From: the human T2T-CHM13v2.0 reference genome, Homo sapiens
Length of the DNA: 64,000 nt
Reading direction: 5' to 3' (one strand)
Assembly: GCF_009914755.1 (NCBI RefSeq)
Contig: NC_060928.1
Part shown: positions 15,476 to 29,125 of the stretch, one piece after another
Numbering within the stretch: the stretch's first letter is position 1
Layout: each line of letters opens with the position of its first letter
Made by a program: the position numbers and the translations under genes
Notes under the pieces: model-generated
What the model was told of the DNA's origin: nothing
What the model saw: the letters and a program-made list of their open reading frames with translations, nothing else
Databases searched by the model: none

Positions 15476-18400
15476 AGTAAACTGGAGTAATTCTTTGACT
15501 CATCTTTATCCTAGGCTGTCTGATATCCAATGTCTGAAAACAGTTATTTTATATATCTATATCTATATATATATATTTCTGTTTTGATTTTTGTTTTGGC
15601 AGATAGGTCATCCCTAGAGCAGTTGATCGTTCATGGGCTGAAGCAAAAGTCCTGTCATACTTTATTTTGTTATCTGTCATCATTCTGGAATGTATATGTC
15701 ATGAGGGCTGATATTTGGCCTGCTTTTGTTCATTGCTGGACCTCTAGTGTCTGGAATATTGTATGTGCAGAGTATATGTATATGCACAATAAGTAATTTC
15801 ATATGAATGAGTTTAGACATACCATTCTTAGTGTCTGTGGAGTGTATTTTTCATTTTCTGATATATATCACCAACTTGAGAGGTTATGTGAGTTTGGTTT
15901 TTCTTGTTTCACCTGGGGTATTTCACAGAACCTTTCTTATAACTTCCGCTTCTTAGAGTTAATTTCTAATGCAATTTGTTCGTCCATTCATTTAGCTAAT
16001 ATACACTGAAAAATTATGATATCCCAGGTGGTCTTTTAGGCACTAGTTAGGAAAACATACTCTTAGGTCTTTCCTTTTTCTCTGTTGTAAGTGTAATCTC
16101 TTTCCTAACTTTCTTTTTTCTTCTCTCTTAAGTCTTATGATAGTATCTAAAAATTCCTTAAACATAGTGGTCAGTAAGTACATTATATTGGCTTTAATAA
16201 TAGGTAAGTGGGTCTGAAGTACTTGTACCCTGTGTGTAGTGGACAGTAATGATGGAGCAATAGTTGATCTTAGGGAGATGCGAATAATCTGAGTAGAGCA
16301 AAGGCTATATACAGCATGAATAGTTGGAGAACCTTTCTCATTACCAAACTTGGACAGGACACTATCAGTGTGCTAAAGGGAAAAGAAAATGCCTGGAGCA
16401 TTATTTCTCCAAAAATGAAGTATACTGAAAAATATTGTATTATAATAATCATAATAAGTGATTTTTGAAGTGTTCTAAATTTAAATCTTTTGAATCTAAA
16501 GTATGATTTTTTCTATGTAAGTATTGCTGTACATATGTTATACACAAGATTTGGGACAAGAAATTTGATGGTTTAATGTGTTATATAGTTTTCTAGGCAT
16601 TCTTGTTTGGGAAGTACAGTAGTATCTTAAAAAATGAAGCAAAACTACCATCCTGGAAAGATAATCCCAGAAAGATAGAGCCTAGCTTCACTTACAATAA
16701 AATCATCCATCCTTCGATATTTCTGTGGGTACAACAAAGCTTGGTTTGCTAGAAATACTTTAATTAATATTTTAGAGTTTAAAATATTATTGCTGAAAAT
16801 TTATTTGCATAATCTTGCTTTTTTAAAAAAATTATTTTTTCAATTTGCCAGACTGTTAGCTCCATTAGGACAAAAACCATATTTTTGATTTATTGATATA
16901 ATCCCAGAATTTGCATATTCTAGGTGTTCAATAATTACGTGCTGTAAGAGTGAACAATTAATTATTAATGACGTTGAAAAAAGACATTAGTGATTATCTA
17001 GATTTTGCAAATTTACTGTATAAAAATAGTCCTTTATCAAATGGTTAAATTGTGAAGGCATATGCAATTTGAAAGGTAACTATAATTTAAAAGAACAGAA
17101 CATTTACTTGTAGAAATTCCAACTGATCTGTTAAAAAAATTTCCATTGGCTTAAACCACATGAAAACCTATTAGAATATTAATCAAATAATAAAAGGGAA
17201 CATAAATTATTAAAATGTGTGTTTAGCAGAAAATATGTCAAAATACACAATACAGTTCTTCATGTAAGCTAAAAGCAAAAGCCATCATGGTGAAATACAG
17301 GTCAAAATTATTTTAGCTTGTTTCTCTTGATTAGGAATAGAGAAATCTATGAATGAGGGAAGCTCTGGGCAAATTGTAGAGAGAATACACAGGCAGAGTT
17401 TCATTATCCTTCACATCCTTTTTTTGTGGGTTTTGTGGGTTGTGGAGGGTTGGTTGGGGAAGGAGGTATCTTTTTGGCTCTTCGAGACTAGACTACCTTG
17501 TCAACTCTCATGACCTATCAGAGCAAACATTGCCGTACTAGACAAAAAGCAAGCACCCCTCCTTCTCTCTCCAATTCACCACATGCTTTGTCTTGGCTTG
17601 CTAAAGACTCTTGGGGAGAATGCTTTTATTAGAGTCACTTCAAGAGGTGCATCTGACTTCTGTTTGGACACAGGCTACTTTGACTGATCTAAAGTATCAT
17701 GAAAATGTTATGGTACAGCCAAAACATGCATATAGCTAGTTATCTCTTTTCAGGTTTTCAGGATGTTCATTGGCCTTTGATTTATTTCTCCTTCAACTAA
17801 TTTCTTGAAGTGTTTTGAAGGTTTTTGTTGTTGTTACCTCCTTTTGGTAGAATTCGCCTGTAGATGTTGGCTACCGAATTTGACTACAGTGAGCCATGAT
17901 GCCATCTTCCCTGGCAACCGTGCCTTCAGGTCTGGTTATGAGTACAGTGAGATATTGCACTTCCTTTCTGCCCTTAAGAGAAATAGGAAAGGAATAGATA
18001 TTTTTCTCCTCTAAGGAAGATAGAGCTCAAAACTCACTTTCTTATAGCATTACCAAAGACAAAATCTAGAGAAAACAATATTAGGCCAAAATGAGGACTG
18101 TAATTAAATATATAGTCATGTTTTCACACTTTAGTTTTTAAACTCTTATTGACATCATAGGTTATGTTGCTCCCCCTTAAATAGCTTCCAAAAGTAAAAA
18201 ATTGCTCATGTATCAAATGTGTAAAGGTTTATGATGATTTGATCATTTCTGGAGTGACCTTTCATACCTCTCATTTCTGCACTGTGTGAGTGCTCTTAAG
18301 AGCGACTGAAAACAAACTATTTTTTGCTATATATTTAAATGTTATCCAAGGTGCAAGAAACCACACTCATTCATACAGACACTATCACCTTCTTTTGAAG

Positions 18401-19142
18401 GAAATAAAATATATTAGTTTATTTATTGGTAAGCACAGTTCTGGTCTCTGAAATACGCCATAAAATTTTATAACTTATAAAAGAGTAATATTCACCAAGA
18501 GGCTAGTGGAGACTTTGGTTTTGAGGAGGAAAATAAAAAAATTAAATGAAAAAATAATTACATGCCTTTTAGATAAGATTTTGTGTAGTAAAAATAAGGT
18601 TATTTTATATAATGTCAATGTAATTTTTATATGAAGAGGTGAACAAAACAATTTTACTTATAGGCTTCAATAGAAAGTATACAAGATACTGACTAAAATA
18701 TAATAAAAATTTTATGATTTTCTGGCTTATGGAATCAGTATTTTACTACTCATACTTTTACATTTGCTTTTTCTCAAAACTATATGCTATAAAAACTTTG
18801 ATAAGGGAGTACATCTTATTAATGATTTCACAATGATGTCTAATATAGTTTAGTGTCTTGATAATTTAGGTAATGAATAAATATGTGATTTCTTTTCAAC
18901 CGTGTGATCATTTGAATACAATTTTGCAGGCACACAATTAGTTTTACAACGCGCATATCTGAAATTATTTTCTTTTTGGTGCATGGGATTTTCAAGAATT
19001 GAACTTCCAAAGCTCCTAAAACCCTGTATAAAAACAGTTTGCTTTAAAGAACAGGGTGAAAGCCAATAATAGAGATCTGTGGGAGGAAGCTCTTATTGCA
19101 GAGGTGAGGGTGTGCTATCTGACTTGTTCATCAGGTGAACAA

Positions 19143-19260
19143 GTAGCATGATCAAGTCATCCTGGTTTTCCTGGGACTTTGCTGGTTTTAACACTGACAG
19201 TCTTGAATCCTGGGAACGTCCTTGGTCCATATAATCAATATACAAAACTTCAGTGGGTCA
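19143..19260. mobile_element. MER81-like hAT DNA transposon fossil
   Basis: 'catcctggttttcctgggactttgctggttttaacactgacagtcttgaatcctgggaac' resembles recalled MER81 consensus. Confidence 0.6.
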
Positions 19261-19519
19261 GGCGATATCTAACCTATGTCTATGTCTTTATCTATAAATG
19301 AATCTGTATCTGTATTTGTCTACATACTAGATATGTGATATGGGTATACACAGTGATTCAGGAAGGGGGAAAAGCACAAAGGGGTCTTATACGCTTGTAT
19401 GTACTGATATAGTACTGTGTCTAATATCCACAGGTGCAGAGAGTTGTGTTAACTCTAGTATTAGTTTCATAACAATTGTCATGGCTGGTCCATTCCAGGT
19501 CTTCTCATTTTATTCATTT

Positions 19520-20100
19520 AATCTTTTTTCCTTTATCCCTTATTTCTACCATCCACTCTAGTAATATGTTCCATATATGTTCTCAACTATTTTTGAATTC
19601 TTGTAAAATAAGCAGTATTTGTTTGTGGACAGAGAGGTTTTAATTTTCACAAATGTTATGGTACTATAGGTTTTATTTTATTTGTTAAATTTATTTTTGT
19701 TTTTAAGGTTTATAATATTCTAAGAGAATAATCAGATTTATTGTTTCAAATTACTGCATGATAATATCCATCACATGCATCTACTACATTTTAACATTCA
19801 TTCCTTTACTGATGAATACTTAAACTGTCCCCAACCCCTTGCTGCCATAATAATGCAGCACTGAACATTTTGGACTTATTCTGAGTGTTTATCTGGATTT
19901 CATACCTTAAAATCAGAGTTCTGTATGTCAGGAAATAGGCATCCTTAATTTCAATATGCTTTGCCAGATTGCATTCCAGACAGAGTGTTTATACTTTCAC
20001 TTGTATTAAGCAAGACTTCCCATCTCCTTGTTTTTGTTTCAAAGGTTGGCATTATCCATCTTCCTAATTGAGCACTTTGTGTTTGATGCTCATATTTTAG
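19520..20100 (-). mobile_element. Highly diverged old L1 (L1ME-type) fragment
   Basis: 'cattcctttactgatgaatacttaaactgt...gctgccataataatgcagcactgaacatt...ttgccagattgcattccaga' resembles the antisense L1 ORF2 end. Confidence 0.55.
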
Positions 20101-20388
20101 CAAATCATATTAACACACATTTTGGTTAGTCTTTAGTTTTCTGTTTCTTCTTATCCATCTTCATGTTTTATTTTTTATTATAATTAAAAGCATCACAAAC
20201 TATAGGACACATGTGTAGAAGAATCAGCATTTCTTGGGTTCTAGATTCACTTTCTTTTTGACAACCAATATTGTTAAATGACTCCTAACTTGAAATTTTA
20301 TGTACCTTTTTAAAGCATGAAGAACATTTGAAATACTGAGAGAAAAAAATTGCTCCAGATTTTATTTCAGCTAAATGTCTGGGTTTAT

Positions 20389-20908
20389 CAATCCCATTAC
20401 TGGGTATATACCCAAAGGAATATTAATCATTCTATTATAAAGATACATGCATGCATATGTTCATTGCAGCACTATTCACAATAGCAAAGACATGGAATCA
20501 ACCTAAGTGCCCCTCAATGATAGAGTGGATAAAGAAAATGTGGTACATATACACCATGGAATACTATGCAACTGTAAAAAGGAATGAGATCATGTCCTTT
20601 GCAGGGACATGGATGCAGCTGGAGGCCATTATCCTCAGCAAACTAATGCAGGAACCCAAAACCAAATACCACATGTTTTCACTTTTAAGTGGAAGTTGAA
20701 TGATGAGAACACATGGAGGGGGAACAACACACACTGGGGGCTGTCGGCAGGTCGGGGGTGGGGGAAAGGGCATTAGGAAGAATAGCTAATGGATGCTGGG
20801 CTTCATACCTGGGTGATGGGATGATCTGTGCAGCAAACTGCCATGGCACGTGTTTACTGTACATCCTGCACATGTACCCCTGAACTTAAAATAAAAGTTG
20901 GAAAAAAG
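20389..20908 (+). mobile_element. L1PA (about L1PA10-12) 3' fragment with 15-bp TSD
   Basis: ORF2 end '[20 protein letters not shown]', 3' UTR and AATAAA; perfect TSD AATGTCTGGGTTTAT at 20374-20388 and 20912-20926. Confidence 0.95.
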
Positions 20909-21334
20909 GTCAATGTCTGGGTTTATGAACAGCAAAAACTGATATATTTCATATAGTGGAGATATTTCTTTTGGAATATTCCATGATTAAGGCTTTTGTG
21001 GCATACACAACAATGTGATCAATGTCTTATATAACATCAACCTCCTCAGGCCTCACTATTCTGTGGTTCCTAGTTAGGACATATTACCATCTTTGCTCAC
21101 ATTTCACTTGCTTGTAGATCCTGTAGCATCGTAGTTTTCTAATCAGCATCTCCTGTTCCTGTACTGGGAGTTGTTGGGGCCTTTTACATGTGTCTCTAGT
21201 CTCCTTTCCCTAAGGTCTTAAAGAGCCAGTGCAAGATGGAGCTTATTGTTCTGCTGCTACCCTCCTTGAAAACAGTGCTTCTCTCTGCTGATTTCTTTGC
21301 TGTCTCCTAGGCTGTATTTTTCTATAAAATGCTA

Positions 21335-21610
21335 TATTTTATTTGTTACCTTATCCCCAGTGCTTGAGTTAGTACGTGCTACATAATAGCTGTTAAGTAA
21401 CTACTTGTGGATTGTATGAATAAACGAATGAGTTCATTAATACGCACATATTTATTGAGTATAGGTAAAAATAGAAGGCTAGTACCTGAGGATACAATGA
21501 TGGACTTTAGAGACATGAGTTCTTTCCACATGGAGGGCAGTTATCATTCACTGGAGAATACGGATCAGTGAACAGGCAGTCATCATGCAGCACAAGGCGC
21601 CAAATGTCAT
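21335..21610. mobile_element. Tail-to-tail L2 3'-end fragments (+ then -)
   Basis: 'tatccccagtgcttgag...tgaataaacgaatga' followed by 'ttcattaatacgcacatatttattgagt...ctgaggatacaatgatg'. Confidence 0.6.
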
Positions 21611-23237
21611 GTGAGGAGAGTGCAGGATGCTGGACCCACCAACGAAGGGCACCCAGGGACTCCATTTAGGATCCACCCAGGCCACCTTGGTCTATAGATA
21701 GCTGTTTGCGCTGGTCTGTTTTGTTGGGGATGGGCAGAGAAGTTCTTTACTTCTCTGGATGCAGGAATGCTCTTCCTACCACAACTCTCTCCAGAATTGA
21801 GGATCTCCACAAACTCTAGGTCATTTCTGGGTTTAAGGGCTTTAAAAAATACATATTTCCAAAGCAGAAAATTGCTTCCTTAATGCATTTCTGTTTCTAA
21901 TTTACCACAAGAACATTTCTAAGGAGAATCTAAATTTATCTTTTTTTACTTTAAAAATGTAGTATACTAACTATAATGTCTGGAAAATAAGATGAAAACC
22001 TAAGACTAATTCACTGGGTTTTTTTTTTTCTTTTTTTGGGGGGTGGGGTGCGGGGTGGAACATGCAAGGGAAAGAGTAATGTATAATTCTTTGTAAGACA
22101 TACATTTCAATGCTGGGTTTTGGTTGTTGTTTTTTTTTCTTATTTAATCATCACTAGCAGGTGTGCATGATGATGTTGGGGTTTCTTTTATTTCTGGCAA
22201 AGCATTTAGCATATAGTTTTATGTTCATGAAGTATATTTCAATGGGACCAATGTATTCATTGGAGCTCATTAAATATCACATAGTGGTAGACTAGGATAA
22301 GAAACTCTTTTAAATGTACTCCCCCCTCATTCACACGCTAATATTCTGTCAAGTTCAATATGTGTCCTAGAGCTTTAGGAAGTGTTTTATCTTCAGATAC
22401 TTCATTCATGCTCATCAAAACACAGTCAAATAAGAAAAATCTGTTTCACTTTCTAGTAATTTTCTGACTGATAACATACTGCAGTATTTTTATGAATGTA
22501 GCATACTTTTAAAATGTTATATTAACTTTCTCTTTGATTTTGTATAGGAAACATATCAGCTCTGTTTGATTTAAATGAAGAGAAAATGTATAACTAAACA
22601 CCCAGGCTTTGGTTAGCAAGGCTGCTGTTACCTTATCCCCAGTGCTTGGGTTACTTGAGGAGACCACCTGGGGGCTTCCACGGCCCTGAGCCTTACCAGG
22701 CTGCCCAGGGCTGAGAGGATTAATATCTCAGCACATCTGTGCCCCACTGGTAGCACACTGCTTGGAAAGATTTATACTCATGTGCAAAGGACAGCCATGG
22801 CAAAATTGTGAAGTGTATTACTGTATACACAAACTTTGACCTTTTTCCTCTTCTTTCTTTTCTTCTTCTTTCCCCTCATCTTTTAATATAATATTCATGG
22901 GGTGTTTTTGTGAATTTAACGAAAATGTTTTGATAATAAAAAATAGATAATGTAAAATTACTTGTATAATTACAACATTCCAAAATAACTGTGGTTATAT
23001 AGGATATGTGTAAATTGTGATCATAAGTCTTACAGACTACAGACCTGATGGTCTGTATACATTTCCCCATAAAATCAAACATGATTTTAATTCCTGTGAG
23101 ATAATCCATTAAAAGAATGTTCTGTTGCTAATTTTAAAAAATTTTTAGGTAATTCTAATGTTTCTTTATATTATAGTGTATAAATATGTATCCTTAAATA
23201 TAATTTGGATTAATTATAGAAGTAAAAATAAAGATCT

Positions 23238-23630
23238 ATTTTAGCTGCACTAGCTGCTATAACAATTAAACCCGAAAGTTCTAGTGTTTAGCCAGGTATG
23301 CTTTTTGTTCACAGAAAGATCAATCACGGTGAAGTGTGGTTTTGGGGGGTAGCACAGAAGGAATGCCATTCTTCACATTCCAGGATCATGGTGACAGGTT
23401 TTACCCTTGTCAACACATGCCTTCAGTGGTCACCTTGGGAGATGACATACAGCCAACAGATTGGGGAAGGGAAGCAGAATGTTGTATTTCGTGGAAGCTT
23501 TATATGGGCCCCACCAGGAAGTGGCCTCGAATCTACTCATGCTCCATTGCTGGAATGTGGTCACAGCCAAACTATACCAAATTGATAGCTGGGGAAGGTA
23601 GTTTAACTGTGTGCCCAGATGTCTGGTCAT
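23238..23630 (-). mobile_element. Old MaLR LTR (MLT1K/L-like)
   Basis: 'ctagctgctataacaattaaacccgaaagttctagtg...ctactcatgctccattgctggaatgtggtcacagcc'. Confidence 0.6.
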
Positions 23631-24153
23631 CATTTCAAGGTCATAATTTTAACCATATTTAGATTTCTTCTCAATTATCCTAGAAATATTTCACTCAATT
23701 TATACTCACAATAGCAGTGTAGAAAAAAATGCTTATTTTAACGCAACAGTAATGGGTACTTTAAAAAGAAAAGGTTTCTGATTTTAAAATAATAAAAGGC
23801 TTCTCATTATTGCTTTAAAAGGCAATTCTTTGTGTACAAGTGAGGTTGAACATTTTTGACATGCACATGGGCCTTTTTTCATTCTTTCTGAATTCTGAAT
23901 TTATGAATTTAACCATTTTTTTCCTTCTAAGATGCATTTTTTTTCTTAAGGATTAAAAAAACTTCCTTAATGAAGATGTGGAGAAAGCAGTATTGATTTT
24001 TGTTTAGCCACTTTAGGTTTGTGTTTTAACTCTGTTCTGACATATATTTTTCATAAAGTAGCCTTTAATTTTAATGTGATCAAATAAACTGTTGTTGTTT
24101 TTTAATGTTTTTTTTTTTTCTCTTTTTTTATATACCTAGCTTTTCTGGCACAT

Positions 24154-24341
24154 TTAATCCTCTTTTTGTCCCCTCCTTAGTTCCTTAATGTCCTCTTAAA
24201 CCTCTGTGTGTTAAATCCTCTTTCTTTTTTGTCCCCTCCTTGGTTCCTTAATGTCCTCTTACACCTCTGTCTGTTAAGTCTTCTTTCTTTTTTGTCCCCT
24301 CCTTAGTTCCTTAATGTCCTCTTCTTACACCTCTGTCTGTT
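24154..24341. repeat. 63-bp pyrimidine-rich minisatellite, about 3 copies
   Basis: 'gtcccctcctt(a/g)gttccttaatgtcctctt' starts at 24168, 24231 and 24294 (period 63). Confidence 0.95.
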
Positions 24342-24499
24342 CTGTTTCGGGTTTTTCCACTCTGATCATTGCCTGTCTCCCAGGGAAGCCTTGTTTGCCA
24401 GGGCTTGTGAATTCTCCTTTTCACTCTACCCTTGTCTCTATTAAGATTGATTGGCACAGAGAATCGTTCTGGAGAAAGAAGCTCTTAACTACATCTCTC

Positions 24500-24680
24500 A
24501 TTAATACACTTATTAAAATTCTTAATATGTGCCCGGTGCTCTTGAGTGCTTTAAATGCAGTGTTTCATTTCATCTTAATATCATTTGGGTTAAAGAAGTT
24601 ACCACTTGCCCAAGGTCACGGAACAAGTGAATAGAAGAGAATGGATTTGCATTGCTGCATCTTGAAATATGAGAATCATG
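24500..24680 (-). mobile_element. MIR
   Basis: 'cttaatatgtgcccggtgct...acttgcccaaggtcacggaacaagt'. Confidence 0.7.
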
Positions 24681-27600
24681 CTTCTGGGAGATAATTTGGG
24701 TGAGGGCCTTTTAGTTGCTCAGGTTTAACCCTTGATTCGGTGATGCCCACATCATTAAGAACATTCTTGACTCCTACAGTTTGAGTTTCCACTTAAAGTC
24801 TCTGCAAATCTTTTCTCTGAATAGTTCAGCCATAAAGGTATCCATTTCTTTCTATTTGTCTTTGATACAAATGAGCAGAATCAAGTTTTATTCAAATAGA
24901 AAACTGTACTTCCCATCAAATAAAATGCTCCGCTCTTGAAACTTCCGTTTTAGCTTACATCAGGAGTTACCGGCACTGATTAATAAATTGTAGATGACTA
25001 TATATCCTCCCAGGCCTGGTGCCCTAAAGCTCTTTAGTAGCCTAACCATCTTCTATCCACGGTTTTATTATCTCCTTTCTCCTAGGATGGTAAGGGACTT
25101 GTGTTATCCCTTATTTGATTCAAATTCCTGATTTGTTCAAATCCTGTAGACCAAACAGGTGCTGTAAATATGTGAATCTCATCACTATATTATTTTCTGT
25201 CATGAAACAATGGACTCTGAACAAATGGGATAATAAATCTCAGCATGCTGCTTATACATGCCATGTGGATTTGGGTATTTATGTTTCAAATTGAGAGTAT
25301 TAATGTCCTTTCTACTCACTTCATTTTTATGCTTTATAGCATCATTCACATGGTCAACTCTGAGAATGGTTACCTTCCCTCCAAACAGATACACTCCTTA
25401 TTAAGTCTCTTATGTGTGTATTTTTTTTTTTTTTTTGCAGATGATAACAATATGTGGGGTTGATCTCATGCCATATATATAATTCTGAGAAGAAAACAAA
25501 GAAAACCTGAGCCAGGCAACTGTTCCTTGAGGAGATTTCAGTGTCTATCAGTAGATAGCTTTCTAAAGAGAAACATCCATAATAACTGGATTATCATTTT
25601 CTGATTTACAGTGGGATAGTAGCTCTAACAGAACCATGAAAGATCATCTAGAATTATTTGTGACTATAAAATAATAACATAGTTTGGGGCAATTGGCTAT
25701 GGGGTTTTCTCATCATTTTAGAGCTGGATCTAGTAATTTCCTTGTCTATTGACAAGGCCATTTGTACACAGTCACAAACAAAGAAAAATAAGATTTTTAG
25801 AAGTTTTCAGAGCAAAAAATCACTACCTCCCTTTATAAATACTTTTTATATCAAAGAAAGCAGTATCAGAAAGTGTTTCTTTGCATTTAATCTAAATTAG
25901 AAGAAGCAGCAATATGCGCAATTCTCAGCAGAGCTGTAGGCATTCTTGATACATCTTTAACTCATTTAATCTTTCTTGATATTTTCTCTAAAGATAAGAA
26001 AATAAAGACTTGAGAAGATATAAAACTTAACTCCTTTGTACAATCATTCTAACATTATAAAACAAAAACTATTTCAATTAGGGGGTCAAGTGAAGAGATC
26101 TAAATATATTCCTTTTGTCGAATGTGCTACTCTTATTAAAGGCTGAAATTCCCTGAGAAGCCATTATTCCTGTTGCAAAAACAAAATTAAACTCAATTCA
26201 GTCAGTAGCTATTAAATCCAGGTGCATTACCTTAAGTCAGAGGAACTTAATCCTCTTCTTTTACTATTTTGGCCTACTTACAAGTTTACTAATACAATAC
26301 TTTAGATATGCATAACTTTTTCTTGTCTGTGGAATAGTGAAAACTATAAGTACTAAGTTCAATATTTGCACCTGATTATCATTTTATAAGAGGAAATATT
26401 GGTCTTCATCGTTGTCATATTAAACATCATTTTCTGAATAAGTTTCAGCTCATCTTTTTGTAAATATTTTTTTTCCCACGGTTAAGCCATGTAGATTTAC
26501 TTTCTTTTTTATGTTTACTTTTTAGAATACATTGGTTAGAGTGGTATGAGTGTAAGGTAGCTGGAATGGGATGGAAATCTTGAGATGTATGTATTTTTCC
26601 ATATAAATTACTCTATAAATCTGTAAGAAATGCTTGGGGTGTGTTTGTGAATAATGTATTGTGCTTCAAGTGTGACACATTTGTTCCTGTGCATATGCAT
26701 TTTACAGAGTTCAGACTGGGTCTACTAGATTGCATTTGAAAATATGTCAACTTTTAAAATAGGCTCCTGGATAGACCCATATGATCTATTCAGACTTAGT
26801 TAGTAATATATTCCAGTCATTTTGTGGAAGGCCGAAATGCTCGTATTTTACTGTAGTAGTTACCATCCATCGAACCATAGGAAAATTCCTGGATCAAAAA
26901 TGATGTTTTCAGTTTCTGAAGCTTTTATAATACATATATAACTCTGAACACGAATATTTCAAACTTTTAAAGTTTTGATAATATAGGAAATGGATTTTTA
27001 TAACCTATTCCAGGCAGCATTGTATATTCAAGAAGTCTTGTGAAGGTGCTTCTGTCCAATCCCTGGAATCTCGAGAAGGTAGTGTATCTTTTTATTCTTA
27101 TGTCCTCAAGGTAGCCTGTTTTTACATTGTTGAAAGTTGTTAGAAACGTGATTGTGACAAATCTTCTTAAAAAAGTGAAGAATATTTATACAGAACTTTC
27201 TTCAAATTCTTATTCAAAAAGTTTTGACTGCAAAACCACATTTAAACTAAACCACGTTGTGGAGTGGGATGGAAATGAAATCTTTAAAATAATGATTAGC
27301 CTTTTTACAACTTTTTTGAACCCCATTAACTTTTGGGAACTAAAAATTAAAACCACAAACCTTTTTTATGTTCACTGATAACTTATTTGAGAAATAAGTA
27401 CCCCATGGCATGTATTAAATATAAATTAGATTGATTTGAAATTTTAAGGATGAGTTATTTAACTTTCCACACAACACAAACCAATAATCTTGCTAAATTG
27501 TAGCAAACAAGAAGCAATAGCAATTGAGGTCTTATATTTTAATGGTGAATACAGTGGCAGCTGTATAAAGTGATGCCTAGAAGGTCACATATGTTAGCTC

Positions 27601-27871
27601 TGCGGGGAGCCACATCCTTCACTTTGTAAGGAATTAGTAAACAGGGTTTCTCCCTAGATGAATGTGAGAAACCAGATGGTTCTATCTTCCATAATGTATC
27701 AATTTACACTTAGAAAATATACTAAACATATAACCTGTCATGCTGAGGAAATTTTAGGTAAATTATAATCAAGATTCCTGAAAAAATACAATCAGAACTG
27801 TGGGTGGGTTTGATTGTTGTTGTTTCCTTGTTTGGTGTTGTTCAATTGGAGTCTGGGTTTGAATCACTTTG

Positions 27872-28040
27872 CGTCAGAGCTTGGCTCTGGACTGAAGTGA
27901 ACTCTGAGTTTCATAATAGTTGTATAACCTCTGGGCAAGTTGCGTGACCTTTACTAAGTTTTAGTTTCAGCACTTTGTGATAAGTAATAATATAACATCA
28001 CATATGTCAAAGGGCTGTCTGGTGTTCCCGGCAACATATT
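27872..28040 (+). mobile_element. MIR
   Basis: 'agagcttggctctgga...ctgggcaagttgcgtgacctttactaagttttagtttc'. Confidence 0.6.
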
Positions 28041-28059
28041 AAAAATTCTTAATTTTACT

Positions 28060-29125
28060 ATTTGCTCTCCTTGGGCAGTCTCTTCAGTTCTCATGGATTT
28101 TAAACCATTTTCATGGTAATGAAGTCTCTAGTCCAGGCCTCTTCTGTGTGCTTTAGACTTGCCTACCTTTTAAGTGATTCATCTCCACTTGGATTTCTCA
28201 AAGATATCTAAATAAAGTTTATCAAACTTCAAATTACTCTTTTCTCTGCAAAGAAATTATCCTTGATTCCTTCCCCCTTCATACCTCAACATTTAATTCA
28301 TGAATAGACCTGCCAATTGGATTTCCAAAATCTAACTTCATCCTCTTCCGTCTCCTTCATCAAATGGTGGTACCACCTCCTTCGTCAAATGCCAGTTATC
28401 TCCTGCCTAGATTGCTCCCAGAGCATATCATCTATGACTTTTTCCATCCTGTGTCCCTCCTGCCCAATCTCCACAGTGCCGCAACTGTGACCTCCTCAGC
28501 ACCTACTTTGGATTGCCTCATTCTTTTGTTTTATGTTCTGTAGGGGTTTCCTACTGAACTTAAAATATAATACATATTTCTTTCCATGGCTCACAAAACT
28601 CTTCATGGTTGCTTGGTGCATATCTTGCCAAATAGGTCTTTTGCTGCACTCCTTCTAGTTTCTCACACTCAAGCCAAACTATTTTTCCTTCAGTTCTGCA
28701 TGACCCCAAGCTCTTCCCGGCCTTGGGTGTTTGGCATAAGGCATGCCCTTTTCTTGGCATGCTCTGCTCACTCCTCACCCTATACTTCACTCAAACTTAT
28801 TACATTGTTTTGTCACTTTGGGCCTCAGGTTAAAGATGTTTTCCTTGGAGGTCTTCCGTGACTGCCCAAACTAAAGAAGATTCTTTTATGTGATTTATCT
28901 CCTGTGTGTTTGTATGTTAATACTACAAAGTGAAGTTATTTTATTATTTATCAGTTTGCTTTCTTTTGTGTCTGCATTCTCCATGAAAAGTTAAGCTGAA
29001 TGACGACAGAGATAGTATCTGTCTGGATACTGTCTAGTCTAGGACATGATTCTTTATCTAGTAACTAGCACAGTTCCTGGCATGTAGTTGACAGTGAGCA
29101 AAAAATATATGTTGAGTGAATATAT
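28060..29125 (+). mobile_element. L2 LINE 3' about 1 kb
   Basis: 'catctccacttggatttctc' internal motif and 3' end 'ctagcacagttcctggcatgtag...atatgttgagtgaat'. Confidence 0.8.

Larger units (their letters stand above)
12250..15655 (-). mobile_element. Old L1M ORF1/5' region, split by an MLT1 LTR and an L1PA7
   Basis: ORF 12183-12398(-) 'EKIFEEIIPEHLQIVKN' resembles L1 ORF1; L1M 5'-type sequence resumes at about 13445-13900 and 15476-15655. Confidence 0.65.

Noticed and set aside
22038-22058. G-rich run as a G-quadruplex
   Set aside because: Only three separated tracts of three or more G; not a canonical G4.
22515-22615. Strong-looking + strand acceptor at 22547 (similar one at 25440)
   Set aside because: Stops in all three frames downstream of 22547 and no convincing donor; T-rich tracts are common here.
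24154-24341. Possible CRISPR-like repeat-spacer array
   Set aside because: Whole 63-bp units repeat with no unique spacers, there are no cas genes, and the context is eukaryotic.
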